A stretch of DNA of 64,000 nucleotides from an uncultured Rivularia sp. (GCA_963665115.1 OY762007.1:7232001-7296000), one strand, 5' to 3'. Counted from the stretch's first letter, positions 31,086 through 42,294 are shown. The notes: generated by a model not told the origin, from the letters alone. A program made the numbers and translations.

Positions 31086-31429
31086 AATACAATTAGTAAG
31101 GGTTTTTTCGCCTCGGCTCAATAATTTAAGATGGTAATATTTTTTGGTACTTTTGCTTAATCTTAATTTCGCATCAGTTTGAGGTTTTCGATTTAAGATT
31201 AAACTTCAATTCATAATTCGCGACGAGCAAAATCCGAAATTAAAAACTAAAAATAATTTGGCACGAGCTAATAGCTAATAGATGATAACTATATAGCAGA
31301 CAATCTAACAGGATTAGCGACTAGTTATTAACTATTAGCTGTTAGCTTTTTATCTTTAAAAGGAACACTTATATACAGACAAAGAGGAATAGCATTTATT
31401 CTACGCAAAAATAATATTTCCTCTAAGTA

Positions 31430-31858
31430 TTAGGGTGTAGACTCTTTAATTTCAGCCGCTGTTGTATTATTGGTCAATACAATTTGTTTTTGATTAAGGG
31501 GTATCCGATTTCCATGCTGTTGCATGATACTGTTAGCTTGACGGGAATCAAAAGTATTACTAAATTCTGCCCTTAGATTGTTGACACGTTCTTGAGAGGT
31601 TTTCACTTCAGTGCGTACTTGTCGTAACTTTTCTTGTCCCGACCAATGATGTGGTAAAAGTTGAGTTAAAGCAGATACTGCCGCAGCGGAAATCGCTAAG
31701 TTAACTCCTATTTTAACTGTTGTCTCCAGCGCCATTACCTGATATGAACGTTGGCGTAAACGACGCTTTGGTCGAGGAACAGTCCTACGCCGCTGTATCG
31801 GTTGTAGCTCCGGACTAGATGGTTGAATTGCGTTCATATTAGACTCTAATCTCCTCAA
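31430..31858 (-). CDS. slr1601-like putative cell-division protein (single TM plus coiled coil)
   Basis: Basic N-terminus, hydrophobic segment, coiled coil; lies downstream of psaM. Confidence 0.55.
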   Translation of the reverse strand: MRRLESNMNAIQPSSPELQPIQRRRTVPRPKRRLRQRSYQVMALETTVKIGVNLAISAAAVSALTQLLPHHWSGQEKLRQVRTEVKTSQERVNNLRAEFSNTFDSRQANSIMQQHGNRIPLNQKQIVLTNNTTAAEIKESTP

Positions 31859-32107
31859 AAAACGGATATTTGGTAAATATCTAAGACAAGGCTATTTACG
31901 GTTTTCATTTGCTGCCATCTTACTTCATTTTTCTCAAACCGCTACACGTAGCACAAGAGTCAAAAAAACAACCCCAGCAATCCTAAGTGTGTTCCATTAA
32001 GTAACCTACAGCTAATAGCTACAAGTTTCCGGAAGAGATACTTAGGACTGCCAGGATTACAAACTCTACAACCGTGTAAAGAAATAAAAAATTATTTACT
32101 TAACGAT

Positions 32108-32203
32108 CTACTTGTAAAGTTCAGTTGCCAAGCGCCAAGCCAAAAGACCTGGAATTAAAGCTACAACTAAAGCGATATAAACTTGAGTGTCTGAAATAGG
32201 CAT
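32108..32203 (-). CDS. psaM: Photosystem I reaction centre subunit XII (not in ORF track)
   Basis: [31 protein letters not shown]. Confidence 0.95.
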   Translation of the reverse strand: MPISDTQVYIALVVALIPGLLAWRLATELYK

Positions 32204-32370
32204 CCTTTGAAATCTCCCTTACTCAATAAACGACAGAATACTTCCTAATCTACTTTTCACTGTTTTACCCGAATTGGGAAATAGGTTGTTACAAGATGCA
32301 ACAATTGGAAGGGGGAATTGGGGATTGGGGATTGCGAATGGGGCATGGGATGATCGTGAGAGAGGGCGAA

Positions 32371-32444
32371 GAGTGGGAAGAGGGGGTAGAGGGGGTAGAG
32401 GGGGTAGAGTGGGAAGAGGGGGTAGAGTGGGAAGAGGGGGTAGA
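32371..32444. repeat. 9-bp tandem repeat (GAGGGGGTA/GAGTGGGAA) next to heptameric STRR units
   Basis: Direct reading of the tandem units. Confidence 0.85.
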
Positions 32445-32499
32445 ATAACTCCTAACTCCTAACTTAAAACCTTTAACCTTTGACCTTTAACCTTAAAAA

Positions 32500-33759
32500 A
32501 TGTATTTAGGTATAGACTTCGGGACTTCTGGGGCTAGGGGTGTGGCGATCGCCTCTGCTGGGAATATTGTGGAGGAGGTACGATGTCCGTTTGAGATGTC
32601 GTTGGGAACCGATTTAATAAATTGTTGGCAAACTGCTTTATTTAGCCTTTTAGGGCAACTCAGCAAGGAATCACGGGGAGAAATTACCCGCATTGCTATT
32701 AACGGTACTTCGTCAACCGTTTTGCTATGCGATGCAGGGGGAAATGCGGTTGATGCACCTTTGCTTTACAACGATGCGCGAGGAGTAGGGATGCGCGAGC
32801 AATTGAAAAATATTGCGCCACCGAACCATACTGTATTAAGTGCTACCTCCAGCCTGGTAAAACTGTTATGGATGATGCAGTTACCTACTTTTGCAAAAGC
32901 TCAATATTTTTTACATCAAGCTGATTGGTTGGGGTTTCTTTTGCATGGAAAGTTAGGTGTCAGCGACTATCACAATGCGTTGAAATTGGGTTACGACGTG
33001 GAAGCGTTGCAATATCCAGAATGGTTAAACAAATTGCAAATATCAATTCAACTACCAAAAGTAGTAATTCCTGGAAATCCGATCGGAAAATTGCGTTCCG
33101 ATATTGCTGCAAATTATAATTTCCCTCAAGATTGCTTAGTTTGTGCGGGTACGACAGATAGCATTGCTGCATTTATCGCTAGCGGAGCAAATTCTCCCGG
33201 TGAAGCGGTGACTTCTTTGGGTTCCACATTAGTTTTAAAGTTGTTGAGTCGTACTCGTGTAGATAATTCAGAATACGGTATTTACAGCCATCGTTTCGGG
33301 GATTTATGGTTAACTGGAGGAGCTTCTAATACCGGAGGTGCTGTATTAAAAGAATATTTTACAAGCAACGAATTAGAAAATTTAAGTCGTGAAATAGATA
33401 TAACTAAATCCAGCGAATTGGATTATTATCCGTTATTAAAACCCGGAGAACGTTTTCCAATTAATGACCCCAATTTACTACCTAAATTAGAACCTCGTCC
33501 CAATAATTCCGTTGAATTTCTGCATGGTTTGTTAGAAAGTATGACTCGAATTGAAGCGCGGGGATACAAGTTATTGCAAGAATTTGGTGCAGATAAGTTA
33601 ACTCATGTTTATACCGCTGGTGGTGGTGCTAAAAATAAGGTTTGGAATGAGATTAGAAAGCAATATTTAAGAGTTCCGGTGGTTTCTTCTACAAATACCG
33701 AAGCTGCTTATGGTAGCGCTTTGTTAGCTATGAATGGTTTAACAAATGTAGAGACGTAG
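32500..33759 (+). CDS. FGGY-family carbohydrate kinase (ribulose/xylulose kinase-like)
   Basis: YLGIDFGTSGAR, GTTDSIAA, TSLGST, GGASN.GG, TAGGGA. Confidence 0.88.
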   Translation: MYLGIDFGTSGARGVAIASAGNIVEEVRCPFEMSLGTDLINCWQTALFSLLGQLSKESRGEITRIAINGTSSTVLLCDAGGNAVDAPLLYNDARGVGMREQLKNIAPPNHTVLSATSSLVKLLWMMQLPTFAKAQYFLHQADWLGFLLHGKLGVSDYHNALKLGYDVEALQYPEWLNKLQISIQLPKVVIPGNPIGKLRSDIAANYNFPQDCLVCAGTTDSIAAFIASGANSPGEAVTSLGSTLVLKLLSRTRVDNSEYGIYSHRFGDLWLTGGASNTGGAVLKEYFTSNELENLSREIDITKSSELDYYPLLKPGERFPINDPNLLPKLEPRPNNSVEFLHGLLESMTRIEARGYKLLQEFGADKLTHVYTAGGGAKNKVWNEIRKQYLRVPVVSSTNTEAAYGSALLAMNGLTNVET

Positions 33760-33901
33760 CAATACCCTAGAAGAGTATCGCTACATTTACAAAGCCTGCC
33801 TTCGTAGGCTGGCAATTCTTTAGCCTGCGAAGGCAGGCTTTGTTTGTGTAGCCCCAGGCTTATAGCCTGCGGGTGTTTAGTGTTTTTCCCAATTTTGTAA
33901 A

Positions 33902-34414
33902 TTAATATTTTAAAGGTATTTTCAGGAATTTTGATATGATTTTTGCAATTCCAAAAGATTTTTCTGGTGTTGTGAAATAGCCGATATCAATATATTTATT
34001 AAATTTGAAATATAATCTGACTCTATAGTTTTTCCCATCATCGCTATTGAGATTAATTCTTTTGAGGCCAATAAATCTAACGTTTTTTAATGAATATTTA
34101 TTTCTATATATTTGATTTTTAAATAATTCTCGACGTTCGTGAATAATTTTATTGCCGCTGAGATTAATTTTAAAATAATTTGATTCATTGGTGTCGAAAC
34201 GAATTAAAAATATACCGGGAATCAGTAAAAGGAAAGTAAAGGCTACTAATGATAGCTTTACTTTGAAATTGCTTGAAGCAGACAGAAACCATAAAAATAC
34301 TGCCATTACAAATAGATTTATGACTAATAAACGAAAAGATAATTTTCTTCTATTTCTTACATCCTTTAAATCGCTTAATACAAGTAGACTAACCGTTCTT
34401 TTTACAACTTTCAT
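33902..34414 (-). CDS. Hypothetical membrane protein (two TM segments)
   Basis: About 170-codon AT-rich ORF with two hydrophobic stretches; family not recognised. Confidence 0.5.
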   Translation of the reverse strand: MKVVKRTVSLLVLSDLKDVRNRRKLSFRLLVINLFVMAVFLWFLSASSNFKVKLSLVAFTFLLLIPGIFLIRFDTNESNYFKINLSGNKIIHERRELFKNQIYRNKYSLKNVRFIGLKRINLNSDDGKNYRVRLYFKFNKYIDIGYFTTPEKSFGIAKIISKFLKIPLKY

Positions 34415-34554
34415 TGACAATTAGCCTGTTTCTAACCATAAGTATTTCTCTTGAGTTATAAACTCAACAACTATTACCTTTAAGAATAATACCTAAAATT
34501 ATACTGTTAATTTGATACTGGCAATACGGAAATAATATTTTAGCCGAATATGCT

Positions 34555-34894
34555 TCAATAAGGTGGAAATAAGCGTCTAAATCCGTGAAAAATGACTATA
34601 GTTAAAAATAAAATATTTCGTAGAAATACTGTATAAAGAGGAAGTTGTAACAAAGACTGCTTTGTATCTTGCTGACATTCTGCTAATCTACTTCCTAACG
34701 ATTCCATCCACTTAACATTTCTCGGATATTCCCATAAATTATCCAGCCAAACTTGTGGAATACCATCCTTACCGACAGCAGCACCAACAATGCCACCTAA
34801 AATAGCTGCGGTTGTATCTGTATCTCCTCCACAACGGACTATTTCTAAAATTGCAGTTTCCGATTATGCAGCCGATGATTGATTTTTTATTCAT
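34555..34894 (-). pseudogene. Internally deleted ADP-ribosylglycohydrolase gene (not in ORF track)
   Basis: MNKKSIIGCIIG fused out of frame to ETAILEIVRCGGDTDTTAAILGGIVGAAVGKDGIPQVWL...HGFRRLFPPY*. Confidence 0.8.
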
Positions 34895-35056
34895 GGAATT
34901 AAAAAATTGTAGAGACGCAGAGAAAAGAATAATGCGTTTTATACCTATATCAGGTAAAAAAGATATTTGTTTGTAGTTGCGCTTCAGCGCTTCCTATAAG
35001 AGGCGCTGAAGCGCAACTACGAGCCAAGTTATTAGTATTCCCCGCAAACCCAAAAA

Positions 35057-35983
35057 TCACCCTTCCTCCAAGCTCCTCAACCCCAACAAACCAGCACCAT
35101 AAACAGGTTCAAACCTCGGAAAAATCACCTTCATCTCACTATCAATAGAATTTGCAAACCTTTCCCAAATCTTACATTTACCTTTCCAAACACTTCCAGT
35201 AGTAACAATCTCAAAAAACTCCCCCTCAACAAAAATCCCATCAATTACAGCAACAGTCGCTTTCACCAACTCATTCACAGCATCATCAATTATCATATTC
35301 GCAACTCCATCACCGCTCATAGCTGCATTATCAACAATTGGAGCCAAGGCAGCTATTTCTTTTACACTCAATCCCTTCCGATAAATAATTTCTATCAATT
35401 CTTCTATATTGTTTAAACCCAAATGACTTTTAAAATCTTCTACCAAACTCGTAAAAACTTCCCTTCCATCATGAGATTTTAAAGCCGCTTGCATTCCCGC
35501 AACTGCTATTTTATAGGCTCCACCTTCATCACCTAAAATATATCCCCAACCACCAACTCTTTTAGTTTCACCTCGATGATTTCTGCCAAAAACTATCGAG
35601 CCAGTACCAGCAGAAACGACAATTCCGACATTATTACCAATTCCACCAGCTAAAGCAGTTAATGCATCATGAGAAATAATTATATTTTGCGGTTTTATAT
35701 TGCTAATTATCGGTATATCTTTAACTATGTTTTTAACTACTTCAATATCTTTAGAACGTCCAACACCAGCTAATCCCAAACAAATCGCATCAACTTTAAT
35801 ATTATATTTTTCAATTATGGCTTTATTAATCGCAGATTCTATAGAATATTTTGCAGCTTCTATTCCCACGGTTTGATAATTTGAGGAACCAGCTTCACCA
35901 CGTCCTAAAATTTCGCGCTTATCGTTCATTAATATACAAACCGTTTTACTTCCACCACCATCTATTCCTAGAACGTAAAACAT
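35057..35983 (-). CDS. BadF/BadG-type N-acetylglucosamine kinase
   Basis: LGIDGGGSKT, GLAG, AGTGS, RVGGWGYILGDEG. Confidence 0.85.
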   Translation of the reverse strand: MFYVLGIDGGGSKTVCILMNDKREILGRGEAGSSNYQTVGIEAAKYSIESAINKAIIEKYNIKVDAICLGLAGVGRSKDIEVVKNIVKDIPIISNIKPQNIIISHDALTALAGGIGNNVGIVVSAGTGSIVFGRNHRGETKRVGGWGYILGDEGGAYKIAVAGMQAALKSHDGREVFTSLVEDFKSHLGLNNIEELIEIIYRKGLSVKEIAALAPIVDNAAMSGDGVANMIIDDAVNELVKATVAVIDGIFVEGEFFEIVTTGSVWKGKCKIWERFANSIDSEMKVIFPRFEPVYGAGLLGLRSLEEG

Positions 35984-36078
35984 ATAATTTGTGATTTTAA
36001 ACAAAAAAAAAGTTCGTAGTAAGGGTTTTAACCCTTTCTTTCCAAGGAATAAATTCCTTACTACAAACTAAAAATAAA

Positions 36079-37368
36079 TTAACCAGCTTGACTATGTTCT
36101 TCTTTCAAAGGAATAAAAAAGATAGTTGCCATACCAGGAATAGTTAATAAAAATACCACCATAAAAAATACAGGATATCCAACTGATTGTTGAATTTGAC
36201 CGCTGATTGCACCGGGAAGCATCAAACCTAAAGCCATTAATCCCGTAGAGATTGCAAAGTGAGAGGTTTTATATTCTCCCTTACAGATATGCATTAAGTA
36301 CACCGTGAAAGCGGTAAATCCTAAACCGTAACCAAATTGTTCTAGAGAAACTAAAGGATAAACTAATTCTATGGGTGGTTTATTGTAAGCCATATAAACA
36401 TAAAATAGATCGGGTAAATTTAACGCTAAAGCCATTGGTAACAAGCATTTTTTTAACCCGTATTTAGAAATTACTAATCCACCTAAAATACCACCGCTAA
36501 TCAACGAAATGACACCAAAAGTTCCGTATACTAAACCATATTGTTCCGTACTTAAACCCAAACCACCAGCAGATGTTTCATCTAATAAAAATAAAGTGGC
36601 TATTTTTACCAGCATTGCCTCACCCAATCTGTAAAGTAAGATAAATGCTAATATTGCACCGATACGGCGTTGAGCAAAGTAAGAGCGAATAACTGTTACA
36701 AATGGAATATCATTTCTTGTAGCTTCAGATTCTCTTCTATCTTTTACTTCTGGTTGCGGCAGAGTGAAAAGATGGAATACGAAAAGTATTGCAAAAATTA
36801 CAGAAGCTAAACCAAGAGTGATACTCCAACTATTAGGAATATTTTGGGTATATTTTTCTAAGCTTCCCGCTAAATATACCAAAAATCCCGTACTAAATAT
36901 AATTGCCAGTCGATAACATAAAGTCCGAATACCAACAAAAAAAGCTTGTTTTTCTTCACTTAATGCCAACATATAAAAGCCATCTGTAGCAATATCATAA
37001 GTTGCAGAAATAAATGCTCCAACTAACAGTATCCCTAAAGAAACTGAAAAGAAAGTTGATGTTGGCAGTTGAAAAGATAAAGCTAACGCAGCCAAACATA
37101 AACACATGGCAAATTGCATTGTCAGCAACCATCTTCTTTTAGTAGAATAAATATCTACAGCTGGGCCCCAAAACATTTTGACAACCCAAGGAAGATTAAT
37201 AATACTTGTCCAAAACGCAATTTCAGCGTTACCAATTCCTAAATTTTTATAAAAAACTACCGATACCGCATTGATAATCATGTACGGCATCCCTTCAGCA
37301 AAATAGAGGCTGGGAACAAAAGCCCAAGGTGTAATAGATTTTCTCGGTTTATCAGTTTGAATTGTCAT
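36079..37368 (-). CDS. ampG: AmpG-family muropeptide MFS transporter
   Basis: LYFAEGMP, LPW..K..WGP.VD, SATYDIATDG, multiple TM segments. Confidence 0.75.
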   Translation of the reverse strand: MTIQTDKPRKSITPWAFVPSLYFAEGMPYMIINAVSVVFYKNLGIGNAEIAFWTSIINLPWVVKMFWGPAVDIYSTKRRWLLTMQFAMCLCLAALALSFQLPTSTFFSVSLGILLVGAFISATYDIATDGFYMLALSEEKQAFFVGIRTLCYRLAIIFSTGFLVYLAGSLEKYTQNIPNSWSITLGLASVIFAILFVFHLFTLPQPEVKDRRESEATRNDIPFVTVIRSYFAQRRIGAILAFILLYRLGEAMLVKIATLFLLDETSAGGLGLSTEQYGLVYGTFGVISLISGGILGGLVISKYGLKKCLLPMALALNLPDLFYVYMAYNKPPIELVYPLVSLEQFGYGLGFTAFTVYLMHICKGEYKTSHFAISTGLMALGLMLPGAISGQIQQSVGYPVFFMVVFLLTIPGMATIFFIPLKEEHSQAG

Positions 37369-37974
37369 TCTATTTTAGATTTTAGATTTTGGATTTTTTT
37401 AATGTCTAAAGCTAAGTGCTTGAAATAAGGATATTGCTCTTGTTTTTCCACGGATAAATCCGGGAGCTTATATGCAATTTATTCTTTCGTCATAATTGCA
37501 ATTAACTAATACTAATCTCCATATGTAAATAGCACATAACTTATGTGATTTTACAAAGACGTAATCTGAAGATAGCTTGTGCCAAAAGACTAAATTATAA
37601 AATTCACCTACTCCAATCAAATTCCGATAATTTTTATAATTTTTTACCACCAGCTACTTAGATAATGATGGTATTGTTGGCATATTCACGTTTTTTAGTC
37701 AATATTTATTAATACATCTATAGACACTCAGCAGTTAACAGTTAACAGTGAGCAGTGAATTAGTAGTGGGAGCATCTTGCTCCCTGTATTTTATTTTCTA
37801 TCTCCCTTTCCCCTTGTCTCCCCATCCCTTTGTCCCGCCATCCCCTTGTCTCCCCATCTCCCCCATTCAACCACGAAAAATAAATTAGATTTTTGATGAT
37901 TATGTCAAGCTTCTGCAAGCTTGTGGCAAAATTTATTAAGTTTATATCCTTCCAACAATTAGAGTTTTCCCAGC

Positions 37975-40974
37975 ATGACTAGCAACCTTCCGAGTCTTTA
38001 CGATCCTTTTTCCACTGAAGCTAAATGGCAGAAGTTTTGGGAAGAGAAACTTTTGTACAAAGCCGATCCGAATAAAGATGGCGAACCTTACGCGATTATG
38101 ATTCCCCCCCCCAACGTTACGGGGAAACTGCACATGGGGCACGCTTTTGATAATACTTTGATTGATTGCCTCGTCCGCTATCACCGCATGAAGGGATTAA
38201 ATGCGTTGTATCTTCCTGGAATGGATCACGCTAGTATTGCGGTACAAACGATTATTGAAAAGCAGCTTAAGGAAGAAGGTAAGACTCGCTACGATTTAGG
38301 ACGCGATAAATTTTTGGAACGTGCTTGGGAATGGAAAGCGGAGTCTGGAGGGACGATTGTCAATCAGTTGCGGCGTTTGGGTGTGTCGGTGGACTGGACG
38401 CGAGAACGCTTTACGATGGATAGTGGTTTGTCGAAAGCTGTTCTGGAAGCTTTTGTGCGTCTTTATGATGAAGGCAAGATTTATCGGGGGAATTACTTAG
38501 TTAATTGGTGTCCGGCTTCTCAATCTGCGGTTTCCGATTTGGAAGTCGATCAAAAAGAAGTTGACGGTAAGCTTTGGCATTTTCGCTATCCTCTCAGCGA
38601 CGGTTCCGGCTATATGGAAGTCGCTACAACCCGTCCGGAAACTATGCTTGGAGATACTGGAGTTGCGGTTAATCCCAGCGATGAACGCTACAAGGATTTT
38701 ATTGGTAAGACTTTGACTTTACCAATTATGAATCGCGAAATCCCCATTATTGCCGATGAATTGGTAGATCCCGCTTTCGGTACTGGTTGTGTAAAAGTTA
38801 CTCCCGCTCACGACCTCAATGACTTTGAAATGGGTAAGCGTCACGATTTGCCGTTCATCAATATTATGAATAAAGACGGTACCTTGAATGAAAATGCTGG
38901 GGAGTTTCAAGGACAAGATCGTTTTGTTGCCAGGAAGAATGTTATTGCAAGATTGGAAGCAGATGGGGTTTTAGTCAAAATTGAAGATTATAAGCATACC
39001 GTTCCCTACAGCGAACGCGGTAAAGTTCCTGTAGAGCCGTTGCTTTCAACTCAGTGGTTTGTCAAAATTCGTCCGATGGCTGATAGAGCGTTGGAATTTT
39101 TCGACCAAAGGCGATCGCCAGAATTTTATCCCGAACGTTGGGGAAAGGTTTACCGCGATTGGTTAGTGAAGTTGAAAGACTGGGTTATTTCTCGTCAGCT
39201 ATGGTGGGGACATCAAATTCCGGCTTGGTATGCTGTTAGCGAAACAAATGGTGAAATTACCGATACTACGCCGTTTGTTGTAGCTAAAAACGAAGAAGAA
39301 GCTTGGGAAAAAGCTAAAGCAAAATTTGGCGAAAACGTTCAATTAGAAAGAGATGCAGATGTACTCGATACCTGGTTTTCTTCTGGATTGTGGCCGTTTT
39401 CGACTTTAGGTTGGCCCGAAGAAACTGAAGATTTAAAGAAATATTATCCCACCAGCGTTTTGATAACTGGCTTTGACATTATCTTCTTCTGGGTAGCAAG
39501 AATGACTATGATGGCAGGTCAATTTACTGGAGAAATGCCGTTCAAAGACGTTTACATCCACGGTTTGATACTGGATGAAAACGGTAAAAAAATGTCTAAG
39601 TCGAAGGGAAATGGTATCGATCCGTTAATATTAATTGATAAATACGGTACCGATGCCGTTCGCTACACCTTGGTTAAAGAAGTTATTGGTGTCGGACAAG
39701 ATATTCGTTTTGATTACAACCGTAAAACCGATGAATCACCTTCGGTAGAAGCATCGCGCAACTTTGCCAACAAGTTGTGGAATGCAGCCAGATTTGTAAT
39801 GATGAATTTGGACGAACAAACACCGCAGCAGTTGGGAGTACCCGCAGCAACAGAATTAAGCGATAAATGGATTTTGTCTCGTTTCCATCAAACTGTCCAA
39901 GAAACTAACAGTTACATGGAAAAATATGGCATGGGAGAAGCTGCCAAAGGACTTTACGAATTTATCTGGGGTGATTTTTGCGACTGGTATATTGAGTTAG
40001 TTAAATCTCGCTTGCAGGAAGATGCAGATCCAGCATCGCGAAAAGTCGCACAGCAAACCTTAGCTTATGTACTAGAAGGGATTTTAAAACTTCTCAGTCC
40101 CTTTATGCCTCACATTACCGAAGAAATTTGGCATACCTTGACTCAACAAGCAGAAGATTCCGGTGAAAGTCTATCGTTGCAAAAATATCCTCAAGCAGAT
40201 GCAAAATTAATTGACACCGAATTAGAGTCAGAATTTGAACTGTTAATTGGCACAATTCGTACAATTCGCAACTTAAGAGCAGAAGCAGACGTTAAACCTT
40301 CAGTTAAAGTTACCGTAAATTTGCAAAGCGAAAGCGTAAAAGAACGTCAAACTCTCAATACTGGAGAGCAACTAATTAAAGATTTGGCGAAAGTTGAGAA
40401 TTTAACCATAGCTAATAAGCCTCATAGCGATACAGTAACTAAGAAGAAATCGAGCGGTGCTTTAAGATTAATTATCTTAGGTTTTCTCACGCTTACCTTA
40501 GCTAGAGTTGCTTACGCTGTAGCAATTTCCGTGGATAACATTCCTTTCTTTGGAACATTCTTCCAACTGGTAGGTTTTGGTTATTCGCTATGGTTTATCA
40601 GAATATATCTACTTTCCAGCGACAAAAGACAAGAATTACGTCAAAAATTCTTTAAAAAATCCTCCGAAACAAACCTTCCTCAAGTAGAAGAATCGGAAAG
40701 CAAAGATTTAGGAGAAGTTGCCACTGGTGTGTTTGGTACCGTACAAATACTGCTTCCCCTCGAAGGAGTAATAGACATGGAAGCATTGCGTAGCAAACTA
40801 GAGAAAAACCTCAGTAAGATAGAAGCAGAAGTACAATCTTTAACTGGTAGATTAAGTAACTCCAAATTTGTTGATAAAGCACCAGCAGACGTGGTACAAG
40901 GAGCCAGAGATTCTTTAGCAGAAGCCGAAAAACAAGCCGAAATTTTACGAAATCGCTTACAAAGGATTAAGTAA
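37975..40974 (+). CDS. valS: Valine--tRNA ligase with an inserted CAAD membrane-anchoring domain
   Basis: [26 protein letters not shown]; two-TM insert at about 40441-40660. Confidence 0.97.
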   Translation: MTSNLPSLYDPFSTEAKWQKFWEEKLLYKADPNKDGEPYAIMIPPPNVTGKLHMGHAFDNTLIDCLVRYHRMKGLNALYLPGMDHASIAVQTIIEKQLKEEGKTRYDLGRDKFLERAWEWKAESGGTIVNQLRRLGVSVDWTRERFTMDSGLSKAVLEAFVRLYDEGKIYRGNYLVNWCPASQSAVSDLEVDQKEVDGKLWHFRYPLSDGSGYMEVATTRPETMLGDTGVAVNPSDERYKDFIGKTLTLPIMNREIPIIADELVDPAFGTGCVKVTPAHDLNDFEMGKRHDLPFINIMNKDGTLNENAGEFQGQDRFVARKNVIARLEADGVLVKIEDYKHTVPYSERGKVPVEPLLSTQWFVKIRPMADRALEFFDQRRSPEFYPERWGKVYRDWLVKLKDWVISRQLWWGHQIPAWYAVSETNGEITDTTPFVVAKNEEEAWEKAKAKFGENVQLERDADVLDTWFSSGLWPFSTLGWPEETEDLKKYYPTSVLITGFDIIFFWVARMTMMAGQFTGEMPFKDVYIHGLILDENGKKMSKSKGNGIDPLILIDKYGTDAVRYTLVKEVIGVGQDIRFDYNRKTDESPSVEASRNFANKLWNAARFVMMNLDEQTPQQLGVPAATELSDKWILSRFHQTVQETNSYMEKYGMGEAAKGLYEFIWGDFCDWYIELVKSRLQEDADPASRKVAQQTLAYVLEGILKLLSPFMPHITEEIWHTLTQQAEDSGESLSLQKYPQADAKLIDTELESEFELLIGTIRTIRNLRAEADVKPSVKVTVNLQSESVKERQTLNTGEQLIKDLAKVENLTIANKPHSDTVTKKKSSGALRLIILGFLTLTLARVAYAVAISVDNIPFFGTFFQLVGFGYSLWFIRIYLLSSDKRQELRQKFFKKSSETNLPQVEESESKDLGEVATGVFGTVQILLPLEGVIDMEALRSKLEKNLSKIEAEVQSLTGRLSNSKFVDKAPADVVQGARDSLAEAEKQAEILRNRLQRIK

Positions 40975-41004
40975 GTTAGGAGTTAGGAGTTAGGAGTTGT
41001 AAAT

Positions 41005-41117
41005 AAAATTTTCTCTAGGGAGCAAAATTTTCTTTAGGAAGCAAAATTTTCTTTAGGAAGCAAAATTTTCCTCTAGGGAGCAAAATTTTCCTCTAGGGAG
41101 CAAGATGCTCCCACTAC
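41005..41117. repeat. Five 19-20 bp tandem units ending in a REP hairpin (GGGAGCAAGATGCTCCCACTAC)
   Basis: AAAATTTT(C)CT(C/T)TAGG(G/A)AGC x5; inverted REP copy GTAGTGGGAGCATCTTGCTCCC at about 37763-37784. Confidence 0.8.
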
Positions 41118-41255
41118 GAAAATTAATTGGAATAAATATTGAATCTCAACCAATTGCGTATACTCCAATCAAAACCAACAAATCAAATATCTAATTCTTA
41201 ATTCCTAACTCCTAACAACTAACCACTAACCACTAACAACTAACTTTTTTAAATC

Positions 41256-41702
41256 ATGCTTTATCTAGCCAAGGTACATAAAAATGAATTTTTAGTTCAA
41301 TTAGAATTACGATTGTTAGCGCGTCAAGAAACTGAAACTATGTGGGTGATGATTCCAGAAGAGGCAGTAATTCTTTTGGGAAAAGGTAAGCATTTTACAG
41401 AAAATTTACTCGTTTTGGTAGAACTTTCTCCTACAGGTGAAATTGAAAAAATTGAAGACGCTACAAGTTGGGTATTAGAATTAGTGCAAAAATATCTTAC
41501 TACCGGAATATCACCAGAATTTTTACGTCAAGAAGCCGAACGAGCCGAAGATTGGCGACAAAATTTAACTTTACAAAACCAAGATTTAGCGCGTAGAACC
41601 TTAGAATTAGAAGCGCGTAGAGAACAAATTCAAGCTTTAGAAGAAGCCTTGCAACGCGATAAAAGTGAAGCTCATCATCAAGATGAGAATATTGAATCTT
41701 GA
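41256..41702 (+). CDS. Conserved cyanobacterial hypothetical protein with C-terminal coiled coil
   Basis: MLYLA.V, L.LLARQ, E.WRQ.LTLQNQDL.RR.LELEARREQIQ.LE. Confidence 0.75.
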   Translation: MLYLAKVHKNEFLVQLELRLLARQETETMWVMIPEEAVILLGKGKHFTENLLVLVELSPTGEIEKIEDATSWVLELVQKYLTTGISPEFLRQEAERAEDWRQNLTLQNQDLARRTLELEARREQIQALEEALQRDKSEAHHQDENIES

Positions 41703-41709
41703 TAGTTGA

Positions 41710-41858
41710 TAAGTAGGTAGGCTAGAATAAACCAAACTATGTAAAGGAATGTAAAATCCTCAAAGTGCTTGTGATGATCCACACCTTCGGTGAATGCTTC
41801 GTTTCACTCCGTTCCACTCGCAATGACATAGTTATAAATTTTCCCACCCACCTACTTA
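41710..41858. mobile_element. MITE-like element with TAAGTAGGT...ACCTACTTA ends
   Basis: Terminal inverted repeats; 34-bp core identical to 55542-55575. Confidence 0.7.
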
Positions 41859-41908
41859 GTTGTTATCAGTCAAAAGTATTATAGAATAAGGGTTTCCGCC
41901 GTACTGTA

Positions 41909-42110
41909 CTAGTAGGAGTTGCACCTCTTAATTACGATAGGGGAAAGTTTGAAGGTAAAAGAATGATATGGGTTAGTCGTGCCCATGTTCGTGCAACCCC
42001 TTTATATGGGTGCTGTTGTCGCAATGCGTTTTAATCCAATAATCAAATCTTTTTATGAGCGACTTATTGAACGTGGAAAATAAAAAAAATTAGCCTTATT
42101 TGCTGTTATG
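41909..42110 (+). pseudogene. IS110-family transposase C-terminal remnant
   Basis: LVGVAPLNYDRGKFEGKRMIWVSRAHVRAT/LYMGAVVAMRFNPIIKSFYERLIERGK*KKLALFAVM, with one frameshift and one stop. Confidence 0.8.
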
Positions 42111-42294
42111 CCCTACCTGGTACCGCCTTCCGCAGCGTAGCGGTTCCCCAGTTGCGCCGCCGCGTTTTTTTTGGCGATTGCGGTTGGCATTCAAGACAGT
42201 CGCTACAAAATACAAAACAAAAAAAAGACGTTGCACTGCAACGTCTCTACATCATGAATAGGTTCTATAAAAAATACCGTTGTCTACAGTTTTT

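Noticed and set aside
41005..41117. Possible CRISPR array
   Set aside because: The units are contiguous 19-20 bp tandem repeats with no unique spacers, and no cas genes are nearby.
42110..42205. Possible tRNA or known ncRNA
   Set aside because: GC-rich, but no cloverleaf, T-loop motif or recognisable family.
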